NCBI GenBank assembly: GCA_964574035.1
Contig: CAZNLD010000003.1
Coordinates: 15,485 to 79,484, forward strand
Length of the DNA stretch: 64,000 nucleotides
Reading direction: 5' to 3'
From: Candidatus Undinarchaeota archaeon
GTDB taxonomy: Archaea; Undinarchaeota; Undinarchaeia; Undinarchaeales; JALTGF01
The notes under the pieces are model-generated. The model searched no databases and was not told where the DNA came from. It was given only the letters and a program-made list of their open reading frames with translations. Below, in pieces: positions 63,901 through 64,000 of this stretch (position 1 is the stretch's first letter; the number at the start of each line of letters is the position of its first letter). A program made the position numbers and the translations under genes.

Positions 63901-64000
63901 GAGTCTGAGAATGCCCAATTCCTGTTTCCGTTTCCTGTTCAAAGGATTTATAAGTTCTTTTCTCTCCTCCTTCATGGATTTCCTCATATGTTCCTTTTTC
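60980..64000 (-). CDS. giant surface protein (paralog of 21763-24897 ectodomain), 5'-truncated by the window edge
   Basis: The track ORF (869 aa) starts at a TTG at 63589. I checked the same frame codon by codon and found no stop up to nt 64000, so the gene continues beyond the window. It has PKD/Ig-like modules (VSYQWSLDG..., AVSDPDGDNLTV), GGGGS, an acidic spacer and a C-terminal TM VIIACLVGVFIYTLF. Confidence 0.8.
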   Translation of the reverse strand, partial: EKGTYEEIHEGGEKRTYKSFEQETETGIGHSQTLSTTNQVTRSTSVSTYDLHTIGTAKEWARIETQDTSEWGVLRFNLKVSNTGTDKATDIKNLRFLVKIGKYKKTFPFLDEPGAVINNLPPGESIVYSGAVEVPLRLEEIKAIDTGADIEISAIAYDFNEQIQAVSAYNSGVLIQIDDGVSDGKEELVSYLIPVDTNSTYLDILKKLNRSVVVKNEPVREISLKVNNSVLYSVNNFSVSNLSWWTTKTEGIQNKTFLKKKAKKGGKAILTFYQDSDADSYTDREEINRNRDPNDKNDHPGPKLAATPYLLENDSGEVSFILKFENSGDYDAYGIEARLYSPNKNIDVVDEFAGGAIRVEEGEEFVLNDLLSYVGTAPKLELLYNDPQGSHRLLVPLENKMEKFTSLVEPVNRSLSYSYFGDYLPENSEFNWTPIGDTSSNYMTDNYLLIDDPSSADNGYFLPVDTEKVPTDFTLTSSFMPEFTEHPIGFTVYGKGNEELEFRLSLTNKDNKLIARMKDSSEEVVVPNSDDFHEYSLKYDAQNKTYEVFADQTKILSGGAEFQNISGITFGSLIWSSITRSRWKYINFEFSAGDYYESYELKPEDMVQNIDLISSAPGKINYQGTVDLNFVYSNPDILIEDGKLHLNYFLNDDKLNSKEVELNYSTGSTSFHDSFKPSDFGASTAGNKITAVAVATDYQGVMLAEDTAVIEVSSPLQILDSSSTEEKEIYENDSIEFFINAVSEEGTVSYQWSLDGTELPGEISSTYVYSPDFNSAGLHNVSVEVSDGTYIEERSWYVTVVNVNRPPLIPEFPDISINATENVTISPAVSDPDGDNLTVNISEPLGSDGFWQTVESDAGNYTVTISASDGKKNSSETFMLFVLVPDSAGNDDSDENNQNGDSNNIEGSSGGGGSAYNPPADESEETENTNEQKPEGSSESEEIEFEQPPEQIITEANSAPTGLSVGINNRLKATGVIIACLVGVFIYTLFNNSKKSKSSGPFKSIS

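Overview
This is a clearly AT-rich archaeal chromosome segment. It carries archaeal transcription and translation genes, a histone, GatDE and isoprenoid-lipid genes, and has a DPANN-like flavour: short intergenic spacers, very basic protein tails, giant surface proteins and a bacterial-type MetK. Most genes are on the minus strand. The core content is as follows. (1) rpl3-rpl4-rpl23-rpl2-rps19 (1-2832). (2) rpoH-rpoB''-rpoB'-rpoA'-rpoA''-nusA-rps12-rps7-fusA (35932-46961), with a split rpoB. (3) tuf-rps10 (31239-32896), separated from fusA by about 3 kb holding an HTH-CBS regulator, metK, tRNA-Ala and an MBL-fold gene. (4) Housekeeping genes: cysS, pyrG, glmS, rpl40e, gatD/gatE, nifS/nifU with an ArsR regulator, a GGPP synthase, a geranylgeranyl reductase, uppS, and a ROK kinase / 6PGDH-like / cyclase operon. 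RNA genes are a solitary 5S rRNA and eight tRNAs: Ser-CGA, Cys-GCA, Val-UAC, Ser-UGA, Ala-CGC, Lys-UUU, Asp-GUC and Tyr-GUA. Three of these contain introns, and two of those introns sit in the T-loop. I recognised no CRISPR array, integrase, transposase or known defence gene. The most interesting signal is a leaderless-looking 9-codon ORF, MKSELCCCC, with four tandem Cys codons. It sits about 80 nt upstream of tRNA-Cys and cysS, is embedded in mutually exclusive hairpins, and so looks like a Cys-codon leader-peptide attenuator. A second micro-ORF ending in CCGCC overlaps the cysS stop. Other notable items: (a) three short insertions flanked by duplicated 3' ends of conserved genes (tRNA-Ser, rps10, glmS); (b) a conserved roughly 68-nt hairpin element downstream of both tRNA-Ser genes; (c) a 31-bp by 7 array made of hexamers phased about 10.3 bp apart; (d) a GC-rich three-way-junction RNA in the rpl3 operon leader; (e) a 1044-aa surface protein whose cytoplasmic tail is a winged-helix DNA-binding domain. 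All functional calls come from motif recognition by eye, and no database search was possible.
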